Numbered from the stretch's first letter, positions 19,508 through 29,229 are shown. The stretch: 64,000 nt of DNA from Candidatus Latescibacterota bacterium (GCA_965248265.1 CBDFJF010000001.1:1920001-1984000); one strand, 5' to 3'. Numbers and translations: made by a program. The notes: a model not told the origin generated them from the letters alone.

Positions 19508-20623
19508 TCAAATCTGTTCTTTACACCAGGCGACCATGCGGTCCACTACTTTCTCTCCGGCGTGGCCATCTCCAAAGATCGAGGGACGCGCCTTGCCGAC
19601 GGTACTGGTCTGCAACGCCTCCGCTGCTTCGATGATGCGCTCGGCACACCCTCCTGTCACGATGTTCCAACCCACCTCCACTGTTTCCACCCATTCTGTC
19701 TCATCCCTCATAGTCACGCAGGGAACTCCCAGAAAGTAGGCCTCCTTTTGAACGCCTCCCGAGTCGGTAAGGATGACTCGCGCATTGGCCTCCAGTTCGA
19801 CCATCTCCGGATATCCGACTGGCTCCAGGCTGATAAAGCGATCCCCAAGCACGACGCCAATGCTTTCGAGCTTGTGCCGGGTGCGCGGGTGCAGCGGAAG
19901 GACCACAGGGGCCTCGAGCGTTGACAGCCCCTCCACTATGTTCGCAAGCCTGCCGGAGTCATCCGTGTTCTCGGGCCGATGAATGGTCGCCAGATAGTAG
20001 GGCACGGCCTCACCCCCATCCTCACGTAGGCCGAGGCGCTCAAGCACACCCGCCTTGTCACAGCCGCCTGATACAAACTGCATGGTGCAATCGAGCATGA
20101 CATCCCCGACGTTGGCAACGCCGTCCACAATCCCCTCCCGAGTGAGGTTGTCAACCGCTGTCTGGGTAGGGCATAAACACAGTGTGGAAATGTGATCGGT
20201 GATGACCCGGTTCACCTCCTCTGGCATCCGCCTGTTGAAGCTCCTCAGACCTGCCTCCACATGAGCTATGGGGACATGCAACTTGCTCGCGGCAATTGCC
20301 CCCGCGAGCGTGGAGTTGGTGTCTCCGTAGAGGAGGACCAGGTCTGGACGGTGTGCCTGAAGGGTTTGCTCCAGAGCCGCCAGCATGGCACCGGTTTGCT
20401 GGCCGTGCGATCCTGAACCTACACCGAGATTCTCTGTCACCGGTCGCATGCACAGATCTCGGAAGAATACGTCAGACATGTTGGCATCGTAATGCTGACC
20501 GGTGTGAATCAACACCTCGTCGATTTCGGTGCCTTGCACCGCATTGCGGGCATCAATGGCAGCCGAAACTACGGCAGCCTTCACGAATTGCGGGCGCGCA
20601 CCGACCACGGTCAGAACCCTCAC
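19508..20623 (-). CDS. wecB: UDP-N-acetylglucosamine 2-epimerase (non-hydrolysing), WbpI/WlbD-like
   Basis: VVGARPQFVK, HTGQHYD, YGDTNST, HVEAGLRS, TIHRPENTD, TDSGGVQKEA, RDETEW. Confidence 0.93.
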   Translation of the reverse strand: MRVLTVVGARPQFVKAAVVSAAIDARNAVQGTEIDEVLIHTGQHYDANMSDVFFRDLCMRPVTENLGVGSGSHGQQTGAMLAALEQTLQAHRPDLVLLYGDTNSTLAGAIAASKLHVPIAHVEAGLRSFNRRMPEEVNRVITDHISTLCLCPTQTAVDNLTREGIVDGVANVGDVMLDCTMQFVSGGCDKAGVLERLGLREDGGEAVPYYLATIHRPENTDDSGRLANIVEGLSTLEAPVVLPLHPRTRHKLESIGVVLGDRFISLEPVGYPEMVELEANARVILTDSGGVQKEAYFLGVPCVTMRDETEWVETVEVGWNIVTGGCAERIIEAAEALQTSTVGKARPSIFGDGHAGEKVVDRMVAWCKEQI

Positions 20624-20656
20624 CGGACCCGCCTGTCCGTGGAAGCAGACAACATT

Positions 20657-22567
20657 CTATTGCGGACAATACTTGAATTCATTCGCTTTGTCGTGAAATT
20701 CCTGCTGCCACAACTCCAGGCACAGGAGGCCCCAAGTCTTTCTCCCAAACTGTGATTCATTGACAATCTGATCCAGCACTACCCGATTGTTAATCAACGT
20801 CCGGTTTTGAGCGCGCTCGGAGGAGAAAACGTCGTGGACGAAGTTGCGCGCATCACCCTGCAACCACTGGGTCAGAGGTGTGGGGAAGCCCATTTTGTCC
20901 TCGCGTTTGGTGATTACTTCTGGTAGAAGGGGTTGGGCCACCTGCTGAAAAATATGCTTCATCGTTCCGTCTTTGAACTTGATGTTCGACGGGATGGTTG
21001 CGCACAATTCAACCAGCGGGTGGTCCAGTAAGGGAACACGCGACTCGAGACCATGTGCCATACTCATACGGTCCTCGACCTGCAACAGTGCCGGTAGCAA
21101 TGTCTTAAAGTCGAAGTGCGTCATCTGATCAAAGTATGACTCCTTTTCGACGTTATCCCCATTGAAGATCGTCCTGAATGTCTCAAGAGGAGAATAATCC
21201 CCCAGCAACGACCAACGAATCTCATCCTGCAGGCTAGAGGCACGATTAACCAGGCGGAAGTAACGCCGGTCCATGTCCTCAAACAGACCCTCTCGCCAGA
21301 ACTCCTGAAGGAGCGGTTTGTAGTTTCGCAGCGCCGTCAAGTTGGGAATGATCGATTCATAGGTGACGACGAACTCACCGCTATCCTTCGTGCCATCTAT
21401 GGCCCCTCTTATACACTGTTCAAAGTAGGCGATGAGATAACGAGTATAGCCTCCAAAGATTTCGTCCCCACCCTGTCCGCCCAGCACCACCTTTCGATGG
21501 CGAGCAGCTAGCTCAGACACCATGTACTGCGGAAACGCCCCCGGCCCTGCGACCGGGTAGTCCAGGTGATAGATCACCCTTCGAATGTGGTTCATGAAGT
21601 CGTCGACTTTGATGTCAACCTCCAACAGGTCGAACCCTCGTTCTTCTGCAAGGGCACGCGCATAGCGGCTTTCATCGTACTGCGAACCATAGGTACCGAA
21701 TTTGCCGGTGAATCCCAGCATGTCCCCATCATGTTGCTCGTGCGTTGCCAAACTTGCGATCGTGCTTGAATCCAGCCCACCACTGACGTAAGCCCCTACA
21801 GGAACATCGCTGCGCAGGTGTAGCTTGACGGAGTCTGTCAGCAGCCCTCGAAGCTCGTCCTCGAAGTACTGAGCCGTGTGGCGCCAATCCAGCTCGTAAT
21901 ACACCTCCCAGTATCTCCTGACATCCAGCACACCTCCTGCTACCCGCAACAGATGAGCGGGGAGTAACTCACGGACGTTCTTGAACAACGTCTTGCCGTC
22001 CAGGCAAAACTGGAAAGCCAGATAATCCTTCAGGCCTTCGAGATCTGTCTCAACATCGTCAACGAAGGGCAGGAGAACCTTTACTTCGGAGGCAAAGTAG
22101 AAAACGTCCCCGACGATAGTGTAGTAGAACGGCTTGATCCCGAAGCGGTCTCGGGCACAAAACAGGGTCCCGTCCTGCTCGTCCCACAGGGCAAAGGCAA
22201 ACATGCCGCGGAAATGATTAACACACTCCTGTCCCCATTTGCGATAGGCATGCAGAATGACCTCAGTGTCTGAGGTCGTAACGAAGTTCTCAGGACCGAT
22301 CTCCTCGCGAAGTTCGAGATAGTTGTAGATTTCTCCGTTGTAGGTCACCCAGTTACCACCAGCATCACACATCGGTTGCTCACCCGTGGTCAAGTCAATG
22401 ATGCTCAACCGTCGATGTGAAAAACCGACGTGCGCCCTTGGATGAACCCACAGACCCTCGCCATCCGGCCCGCGATGACGCGAAAGACGATTCGCCAGTG
22501 CCAGTTGCCCTTCCAGATTGGCGATTGGTTCCGACCTAAGTGACAATGCGCCTGCAATACCGCACAT
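20657..22567 (-). CDS. asnB: Asparagine synthase (glutamine-hydrolysing) family amidotransferase
   Basis: MCGIAG, HRGPD, RRLSIIDL, NGEIYN, SGGLDSS, GQGGDEIFGGY, DRMSMAHGLESRVP. Confidence 0.95.
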   Translation of the reverse strand: MCGIAGALSLRSEPIANLEGQLALANRLSRHRGPDGEGLWVHPRAHVGFSHRRLSIIDLTTGEQPMCDAGGNWVTYNGEIYNYLELREEIGPENFVTTSDTEVILHAYRKWGQECVNHFRGMFAFALWDEQDGTLFCARDRFGIKPFYYTIVGDVFYFASEVKVLLPFVDDVETDLEGLKDYLAFQFCLDGKTLFKNVRELLPAHLLRVAGGVLDVRRYWEVYYELDWRHTAQYFEDELRGLLTDSVKLHLRSDVPVGAYVSGGLDSSTIASLATHEQHDGDMLGFTGKFGTYGSQYDESRYARALAEERGFDLLEVDIKVDDFMNHIRRVIYHLDYPVAGPGAFPQYMVSELAARHRKVVLGGQGGDEIFGGYTRYLIAYFEQCIRGAIDGTKDSGEFVVTYESIIPNLTALRNYKPLLQEFWREGLFEDMDRRYFRLVNRASSLQDEIRWSLLGDYSPLETFRTIFNGDNVEKESYFDQMTHFDFKTLLPALLQVEDRMSMAHGLESRVPLLDHPLVELCATIPSNIKFKDGTMKHIFQQVAQPLLPEVITKREDKMGFPTPLTQWLQGDARNFVHDVFSSERAQNRTLINNRVVLDQIVNESQFGRKTWGLLCLELWQQEFHDKANEFKYCPQ

Positions 22568-22582
22568 ATGATCAGCTTTCCT

Positions 22583-23884
22583 TCATTGGCGCTGGCCTTG
22601 AACCCTTGCTCGCACCAGGTGCCAAAACCCCAATCCCCTGGCAATCCGCCTTGCGTTCCACAGCACGGCGACCACTACCCACGACGATTCATCACATATC
22701 CTGCATAATAACTGACATGCCTTGATCTCAAATGAACCCTTACCCACCGATTTCATCGCCCCGCGTTTTCCAAAACAGCACATGAGAATGAATTCAACGA
22801 GCCTCTCATAAGAGTATCTTCCCGACGCAACAATATCCTGGTAAGCCTTTCCAGTAATCCTGTCCCTGTCCTCGTCCTTCACGATCCTGTCCATCACCTG
22901 CGCGATATTGCTGAAGTCTCGTTTCAACTCTATGTAATGTTCATCTGCGACAAGAATCCCGTTGTACTCTCCTTCGATTAATACCTGACACGTTCTCGTG
23001 GCACAGGCCTCCAGATGCCTCGGAGTGATCGCAGTGTAGTGGATGGACCCATCCAGACCAGGAAATATTGCCGCCTCGATTTCATCGAAACTAGCGTGTC
23101 GATTACCTGCTGTGAAGTCCGTTGTCCTCTTGCGCAATGTGCCATCCCTATCCATGACACTCGCCCCCCCCTCAACGCCAATCGTATATTTACATTCGCA
23201 CAAGAACTTGTACCACTCATCGCCCAAAAAAACATCGTCCGGCGAATTCGAGATATCTGAAACCAACCGATACTCGCTTGCGTACTTATTGAATAGGTCA
23301 GTCAGTTGAACCTTTAACATGGCGTGTTTACCCATACACGCAACGACTGGTCTTGCTCTGTACCCAATATGGATACGTCGCTCATCAATGGTTCGTCGAA
23401 TGTTCTCGATTGCCGTTATATCCTCGGACGTTAGATATCCTGTCAGAATCCTGAAAAATGAGACCCGCTCACGATCGACGTTGTTGTACAGCACACGCCA
23501 CTGATGCTCCGCCGCCGGGGTAAACACATAGTTCACGCCAAATTCATTGACAAACTCGCAGAGCGCGTCTGTCTCGCGGTGCTCATCCTGTGGCATAATA
23601 ACCTTGACGGCCGCGGATTCCTTCAAGTGTTGGACTCTCTTGAGCAGCCTCTTGTGTTTGTTACGGTGATCTCGGAGTGAAAAAAACGTGTGGTTGAACA
23701 CGATGAGATCAAATCGAATCTTTCTGAAATGCCAGGGAATGTGTCTGGCAGCCAGGTTGACATGGAAGCAGTAGTGACTTGAGCTATTGTTGAGGAAATA
23801 GAGATAGTTTTTCACGCTCTTCCGTAGGGGAAACTCACCCCTGTAATAGGACAAGATCAAAATTCTATACATGCGACCGCTCAT
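22583..23884 (-). CDS. Conserved hypothetical protein, probable glycosyltransferase; paralog of 15222-16502
   Basis: FDLIVF, PQDE, LTGYL, IGYRA, CKYTIGVEGG, TPRHLEACATRTCQVLIEGEY. True start is 23884 or 23872; lower GC than its paralog. Confidence 0.6.
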   Translation of the reverse strand: MSGRMYRILILSYYRGEFPLRKSVKNYLYFLNNSSSHYCFHVNLAARHIPWHFRKIRFDLIVFNHTFFSLRDHRNKHKRLLKRVQHLKESAAVKVIMPQDEHRETDALCEFVNEFGVNYVFTPAAEHQWRVLYNNVDRERVSFFRILTGYLTSEDITAIENIRRTIDERRIHIGYRARPVVACMGKHAMLKVQLTDLFNKYASEYRLVSDISNSPDDVFLGDEWYKFLCECKYTIGVEGGASVMDRDGTLRKRTTDFTAGNRHASFDEIEAAIFPGLDGSIHYTAITPRHLEACATRTCQVLIEGEYNGILVADEHYIELKRDFSNIAQVMDRIVKDEDRDRITGKAYQDIVASGRYSYERLVEFILMCCFGKRGAMKSVGKGSFEIKACQLLCRICDESSWVVVAVLWNARRIARGLGFWHLVRARVQGQRQ

Positions 23885-23922
23885 CCACGGTCCGACTCCA
23901 GCTCCACCGGAAAGCCCCCCTG
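23874..23922. repeat. 49-bp imperfect direct repeat, copy 1
   Basis: 44/49 identical to 24941-24989 by manual alignment. Confidence 0.9.
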
Positions 23923-24090
23923 CTCCAACGACCGCTGTACCGCCTGCAACACGCGGCACTCGCAGCCAATCCTGGCCGTCGCTACTGGGTTTGGCTTGAG
24001 CGCGAACACAGTCGACGAGTGCTGGCACTCGAGCTTGAGCGGCTCGTCCATGTGGATGTGCGGTATCACCACGTCACCAAACCGTCCATC
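23881..24090 (-). pseudogene. 3'-terminal relic of a Gfo/Idh/MocA oxidoreductase
   Basis: Joining frames gives RFGDVVIPHIHMDEPLKLECQH/LVDCVRAQAKPSSDG..LRV/RVLQAVQRSLEQGGFPVEL*, a typical C-terminus for the family. Confidence 0.72.
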
Positions 24091-24204
24091 ACGAACTGCT
24101 CCCGTTTTGGGCACTCTGCTGCTCAGCGATCCTTTGGTTTCGTGTGTCATGCAGTGGTAGGGGATGATAGGGGCGCTTATGTGCAGGCAGCATCAGATGA
24201 AAAG

Positions 24205-24606
24205 TCAGAACCCCATTCGATCGGCTGCCGCCTGCAGGGCCGAATCGGCAGTGATAAGCCTTGCCCGGTGCTTCTCGGCCAACGCCAGGAAAAGCGCATC
24301 GTAGACGGTCAAGCTAGCGCGAGGCGCTATCTTGCAGGCTGAGGTGAGGATGTCCGAGTGAGGCGTGATTCTCAGGGGCAACGACAGGATATGAGTGATA
24401 AGCAGCTCGACATCCTCGTCGGTCAACAGGTGCGCGAGTCTCTTTTTGTGCAAGACTTGACCGGCTTCCGCGAGTATGAGATCGGGGGCGAGCAGGGCGT
24501 CCTCGCCCCGTTCCGCAGATAGTATGGCTCGCTCCATTGTCTCCGGTAGGGGACCGTCCGGTACGAACAACCGGATGAGAGCCGAGGTATCTACCACCCA
24601 GATCAT
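24205..24606 (-). CDS. vapC: PIN-domain toxin
   Basis: VVDTSAL, APDLILAEAG, LTVYDALFLALA, LITAD. Confidence 0.92.
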   Translation of the reverse strand: MIWVVDTSALIRLFVPDGPLPETMERAILSAERGEDALLAPDLILAEAGQVLHKKRLAHLLTDEDVELLITHILSLPLRITPHSDILTSACKIAPRASLTVYDALFLALAEKHRARLITADSALQAAADRMGF

Positions 24607-24833
24607 CGTTGACGATCTTCACGGATCTCTGCAGGGATATCGCCCCACGCTCGGTCCTTGAGTTTTTCTCTCCATTCACGGGCCACTGACACGTGGCCTC
24701 CGCCGGCCAGGCTGACTTCTCGTTGAAGAATCAATTTGATCTGCTCCTGCATGCTTCGACGATTTGATTTCGCCATTTCCCGAAGCCCTTGGTAGGTTGC
24801 CGTGTCTACACCCCGGATCGTCAGCGACTTCAT
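24603..24833 (-). CDS. FitA-like ribbon-helix-helix antitoxin
   Basis: MKSLTIRGVD...LREMAKSNRRSMQEQIKLIL; GGAG RBS; ATGA overlap with the toxin gene. Confidence 0.85.
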   Translation of the reverse strand: MKSLTIRGVDTATYQGLREMAKSNRRSMQEQIKLILQREVSLAGGGHVSVAREWREKLKDRAWGDIPAEIREDRQR

Positions 24834-24848
24834 TTGATGCTCCAATAC

Positions 24849-24890
24849 ATGAATGCATTATGCTTTCATATCTATGGTGCAATAATAGAT
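24849..24890. promoter_or_regulatory. AT-rich palindromes upstream of the antitoxin (likely autoregulatory operator)
   Basis: ATGAATGCAT-T-ATGCTTTCAT (1 mismatch, 24849-24869) directly followed by ATCTAT-N9-ATAGAT (24870-24890). Confidence 0.55.
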
Positions 24891-24940
24891 GCTTTTCTGT
24901 TCATGGGCAACCGGCGCAAATCCTGAGGTCTCCTTCACCT

Positions 24941-24989
24941 CGATCGCTCATCTACGGTCCGACTCCAGCTCCACGGGAATGCCCTCCTG
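24941..24989. repeat. 49-bp imperfect direct repeat, copy 2
   Basis: Matches 23874-23922; the minus strand reads QEGIPVELESDRR*. Confidence 0.9.
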
Positions 24990-25050
24990 ACTAATATCCT
25001 ATACATGCTGCCTCATGGGTTCCGCCAAGGTGCTCTTGGGGTCGGCGCGT

Positions 25051-25179
25051 TCTCAGTCTCAGCCAGGCGCTTGGTCGCTCCCATGACGCTCGTAGGCCGC
25101 ACAGCCTTGTCAGTCGAGGTCAGTACGAAGCGCTCAACACCATGACGCAGAGCGCTCCGTGCCATGGAACATTACCTAG
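25051..25179 (-). repeat. Orphan near-identical copy of an internal capD segment
   Basis: 25051-25171 equals 31441-31561 with 3 mismatches, same orientation, offset 6390 bp; covers the [21 protein letters not shown] motif. Confidence 0.95.
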
Positions 25180-25466
25180 CAGCTAGGTGCAGCAGGCACT
25201 GGAGCAGGTTGACTTCATCGTCATCTGTAATGACAGCTGACTAGCGACAATCATAACTGCCGGAATGAAAAACGTATTGACGCCGGACAGACAGCCGCGA
25301 CAAATACGGCCGCTACCTCAGTGACCTCTTCTACTGCCAGGTTCGACCAATCCCGCCGCAGTGCTCGCTGATGGATTCTTCCTCACCGCCAGCTCCAGGT
25401 TGCGCGGCCCTGCCGTGCCTGAGTCATTCGTTGCGGCCATGAGAAGATCAGAACGACGACCGCCGC

Positions 25467-26432
25467 TCATTTCTCCAGCTTTATAGACCGCGCCTGGTCC
25501 AGGGAGACGGGTTTGGCCAACCACCCCAAAGCCCCTATTACTCCACCGGCGACATAGAAGGTCACGAATATCAGGAAGGCGAATCCAAGCGCCCGCTCGT
25601 ACTCCACTCCACAGCTCCCCAAGTAGGCGACAATAGCTGCTTCGCGCGTGCCAATACCTGATATCGACAAAGGCAGCAGCGTGACAAGACTGCCCAATGC
25701 CACGGCAAAGCTGATGGGAAAAAACCCGACTTCAATACCTATGGATAAAGCGACAAGATGGCACTGCCAGAAAAAGACGGTATAGGCCATTATGGTCAGA
25801 ACGATACAGGCGACCAAGGAGGTTACCGGCAATACCTTCAAACCGCCCCGCAAATCGCGCACCAAACTCTCGGGGCCGAAGAGGCGTGCGCCCCCCCTGC
25901 CAAGGCGGCTCCCCAGGCGGCTGATCCAGGTGAAGGCCTCGTCTGACAGAAGCGCAACGAGCAAACCGGTCAACCCCATGACGGCCGCGACGATTCCCAA
26001 CCACGCGTTGTGATCCCCGGCGGCGGTCAGCATCAACGCGAGCCCACCTACTCCCAAGAGCATATACAGATCGAAGATGCGGTCCGCCAGAACAGAGGAA
26101 AACGCCCTGCCGATCGAAACGCGGCAGTCCTGTTTAACGTGAAAGGCCTTGACCAACTCCCCAAGGCGGCCAGGTGTCAGCAGCCCTAGGAAAATACTGC
26201 CGGAATACGCCAGTCCGGCCTTCCAAACACCATAACATATCCCCTGGGCCAAGAGCAGTGTTTTCCAGCGCACAACTTTCAAAGACAGTTGGGGAATATT
26301 TAAAAAAATAGCCACGACCAGGTACCACGACGCATCTGCTATGGTGCTTACCAGATGCCCAAGGTCGACGCGGCTGAGCAGAAAACCGAGTAGTAGAACG
26401 CCGACGAGCCGTAACAGGGAAGAGCCTCTCAT
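25467..26432 (-). CDS. Lysylphosphatidylglycerol-synthase TM (flippase-like, UPF0104) protein
   Basis: RWKTLL, LTPGRLGELVK, SVLADRIFD, LLPLSISGIGTRE. Confidence 0.88.
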   Translation of the reverse strand: MRGSSLLRLVGVLLLGFLLSRVDLGHLVSTIADASWYLVVAIFLNIPQLSLKVVRWKTLLLAQGICYGVWKAGLAYSGSIFLGLLTPGRLGELVKAFHVKQDCRVSIGRAFSSVLADRIFDLYMLLGVGGLALMLTAAGDHNAWLGIVAAVMGLTGLLVALLSDEAFTWISRLGSRLGRGGARLFGPESLVRDLRGGLKVLPVTSLVACIVLTIMAYTVFFWQCHLVALSIGIEVGFFPISFAVALGSLVTLLPLSISGIGTREAAIVAYLGSCGVEYERALGFAFLIFVTFYVAGGVIGALGWLAKPVSLDQARSIKLEK

Positions 26433-26485
26433 TCAGCAGGATTATCTAGCTAGGCGTTTGTGCGCTTCCCGGACCGTACGACGCT

Positions 26486-27541
26486 TCACTCATGTTCTAG
26501 GGCGATTGCTACTGTGGGACCGGCATTGGAGGGATTGCGGAAAATCTCTCTGAGCGTTCTCAGATAGGAACTACTGACATTGTTTGGGTGCGCCGCGTAG
26601 TAGCCTTCTTCTTGAAACAGCCGGTAGATGTCGTGCAGCCTGTGGCGCGGCACCTGGGGAAAGAGATGGTGTTCATGATGGAAATTGAAATTGAAGGGGG
26701 CAAAGAGAAGTCTCTCTATCAACGATGGCAGAGTCGTCACCGTCATGCCTGTTTCGAAGGTGGTCCTCGCTATGAAGGGCTGTTCGAGTTTGCTCAAATC
26801 CCCGTAGCGGTACCCTCCGTGCTCGCCGACCAGCCGAATTCGATTGAGGAAACTTGTGACTGTGACCAGCGGCAAAATCCAGAAGACAAAATAGAACCAC
26901 CACTCGCTCCAAAAGAGGAACGCGCCTAAAACACCCACTTGCACCACGCCCAACAGGGCCAAAACCGCCAACTGGTCCTTGAGACTGTTAGGCGTGTTTT
27001 TCAGCTTTGAAGTGGAAGCCAACGTCTTTTCAAAGAAACGTTTGAACGCATATAATCCCGTCGATTCGACCACGAGGGCAGTGGCGATGAAACTGGCAAG
27101 CGTGGACTGCCGCGTCTCGTATTTTGGGTACTCGGGGTCTTCGTGGCGGCCGTACTCAACGTGATGCAACATGTGATATTTGCGGTAATTGCGGAGATTT
27201 AAAAAGATCAGAGGGGCAATTAGATTGCCCAGCAGTTCATTCAGCCATTTGGGGCTTAGAAGGGTATAGTGCGAGGCTTCGTGAATACCCACCGCAAGAT
27301 GGTAGAAGACAATGCCGTTCAGCAGGAAGACGGGCATCACCGCCACTCTCAAAGGCAGAGAATTGAGGCCCAATACCCCCGCGACCAATAAGGCGAACAG
27401 CGCCAGGACGTGTACGGCGGGACCTATGAACGGCGTCCGCCGGAACGAGATATCATCTTTGATGAGTTGCCGGGCACGCCTGTGGATTCCCGCGTCGCAA
27501 TCTCGACTGCCAGGCTGAACGGTCGTCGTGTCTTGGCGCAT
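26486..27541 (-). CDS. Membrane fatty-acid-desaturase family protein
   Basis: Three His boxes HEASH, HMLHH and HHEHH plus GEH; TAATG overlap with the upstream gene. Confidence 0.88.
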   Translation of the reverse strand: MRQDTTTVQPGSRDCDAGIHRRARQLIKDDISFRRTPFIGPAVHVLALFALLVAGVLGLNSLPLRVAVMPVFLLNGIVFYHLAVGIHEASHYTLLSPKWLNELLGNLIAPLIFLNLRNYRKYHMLHHVEYGRHEDPEYPKYETRQSTLASFIATALVVESTGLYAFKRFFEKTLASTSKLKNTPNSLKDQLAVLALLGVVQVGVLGAFLFWSEWWFYFVFWILPLVTVTSFLNRIRLVGEHGGYRYGDLSKLEQPFIARTTFETGMTVTTLPSLIERLLFAPFNFNFHHEHHLFPQVPRHRLHDIYRLFQEEGYYAAHPNNVSSSYLRTLREIFRNPSNAGPTVAIALEHE

Positions 27542-29229
27542 TACCGGATTTCCTCCGATCCCCTTACATGGGCACCGACAAAGGAAACTCGGATCAAGTG
27601 ATTCCACCGCTTTTCGGCGTTTAGACTTGTGAGCTCGTCTGCAGAGAGCCAGTACCCCTCCACGCCGAGTTCCGAGGATTGAAAATAACGGGATTGAGGC
27701 ACGTAACGCAAATGCAGTTCATCGCCCAGGACGGCCGCTTTGACTTTCACCTTTCCTCTCAAATTTACCGTCGAGTCGACACTCACGCCGTCCTCGGCAA
27801 ATAGGAATGCGCGCGAGAAACGGCAGTCATTCCCTGACGCTCCAGCCGACAGGACGAGGACTCTGCGGATCTTCGTCTTTATCTTCGAAGCCATGAAGGT
27901 GCTGTTGGCCAAATAACACATAAAGAGTTTGAAGATAGACATGCTCATAGGGTTGAATAATTGGAACGGAATTTGGTGCAGTGCCCCCTCCACACACGCT
28001 TCCCCGGTTTTGGGGTCCCAACGGATGGCGTAATCGCGATCTATCCACTGACTACTTACCAATTTCTTATCGGCCAGCTGTACGTGTATGCCGCTGTCGT
28101 TATAGATTAGCCGATCGCCGCTGAAGACTTTTAGCACCCCGCCTCTGGAGAGATTGAGGACGGAATACGAGAAGCCTTTCTTGTAGGTCAGGACCTTAGC
28201 CCCCGGAAAATATTGCACAAAGTCGGGGCGCTCGTAGGGCACGGACGGCTCATCGCCTTGGCGCGGACAATAGTCCAAATAGCTTAGCAAGAATTCCTCG
28301 ACGCGGTAGTACGTATAGCGATCGGATTGGATCTCCGGCGGGACGAGTCCACCCGCAGCCAGCGATTCGAGCATTTTCTGGGCGCAAGCGCGCGCCATCG
28401 GGAACTCCCTCCCGAAGTACTCATATCCGTGGGAATAGAAATGCAAGGTCTGCCTGCTCCCCACCGATCCGCCATAAGAGCCATCGGGGAAGACGAAATG
28501 GGCGCTGAACTCGATAGCCCGTTCAATAAAGTCTCGTAAATCCTCGTTCTGGTAATACAACCAAGTCTTGGCCAAGAAACTGATGGTAGTCGTCAGGTAA
28601 CCAGGGTCTACTCCGTCGTACTCTAGCGCCCACCCTTCGGGGTCGCACATCTCGAGGAACTCTACTAAATAGCGCTGGAACGCGACGAACGATTGAGGAT
28701 CGTCAAATTGCTTGTGGTGGGTGATCAGAGCACACAAAATCATGGTGTAGTGATTCGCCAAGAGCCCCTCGGTCTGTTTCGGCAGCTCTCTTATATAAGC
28801 GGCACAGCAGTCACACAGTTCGCCAACGCGGTCGTACTCTTCTGGCGTCAGTTCCTCTTTGAGGATCTCAAAGGCCCCGAGGAAACTGTGGAGCATTATG
28901 CCTGTCACCGCACGTCCGCGCTCGTTGGGGTAGAACTCGTCGAACGACCCGTCGGAGTGCTGGATCTTCAGACTGTAGTCCAAGGCCGCGACAATCCACC
29001 TCTTGAGCTTCGGGTTCCTGTAATAGATACTACCGGGCAAGCGATGCCCGTACACCAAAGCCAGCGAGTATACGGCACACTGGAAATGGCCGTTGGGAAA
29101 GTCCACTATCTTCTCGTGCCAGTACTCCCTGAAGAAGCATCCGTACGTTGGAGAAAAGGGATTCCGGTCTAAAAAGGAAAGGAGGCGCGGTATCTGCGGC
29201 AGCGCTTTTTGTAGGTAGGTTTCTTTCAC
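27541..29229 (-). CDS. Conserved hypothetical protein (QxxDGSFDE motif; probable alpha/alpha-toroid plus beta domain); paralog of 51157-52834
   Basis: DRNPFSPTYGC, IQHSDGSFDEFYP, LANH, EYDGVDPGY, GSRQTLHFY, YVPQSRYFQ shared with the paralog. Confidence 0.7.
   Translation of the reverse strand: MKETYLQKALPQIPRLLSFLDRNPFSPTYGCFFREYWHEKIVDFPNGHFQCAVYSLALVYGHRLPGSIYYRNPKLKRWIVAALDYSLKIQHSDGSFDEFYPNERGRAVTGIMLHSFLGAFEILKEELTPEEYDRVGELCDCCAAYIRELPKQTEGLLANHYTMILCALITHHKQFDDPQSFVAFQRYLVEFLEMCDPEGWALEYDGVDPGYLTTTISFLAKTWLYYQNEDLRDFIERAIEFSAHFVFPDGSYGGSVGSRQTLHFYSHGYEYFGREFPMARACAQKMLESLAAGGLVPPEIQSDRYTYYRVEEFLLSYLDYCPRQGDEPSVPYERPDFVQYFPGAKVLTYKKGFSYSVLNLSRGGVLKVFSGDRLIYNDSGIHVQLADKKLVSSQWIDRDYAIRWDPKTGEACVEGALHQIPFQLFNPMSMSIFKLFMCYLANSTFMASKIKTKIRRVLVLSAGASGNDCRFSRAFLFAEDGVSVDSTVNLRGKVKVKAAVLGDELHLRYVPQSRYFQSSELGVEGYWLSADELTSLNAEKRWNHLIRVSFVGAHVRGSEEIR

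Noticed and set aside
23885-24028. N-terminal extension of ORF 22583..24028
   Set aside because: It belongs to the oxidoreductase relic; homology to the paralog starts at about 23872.
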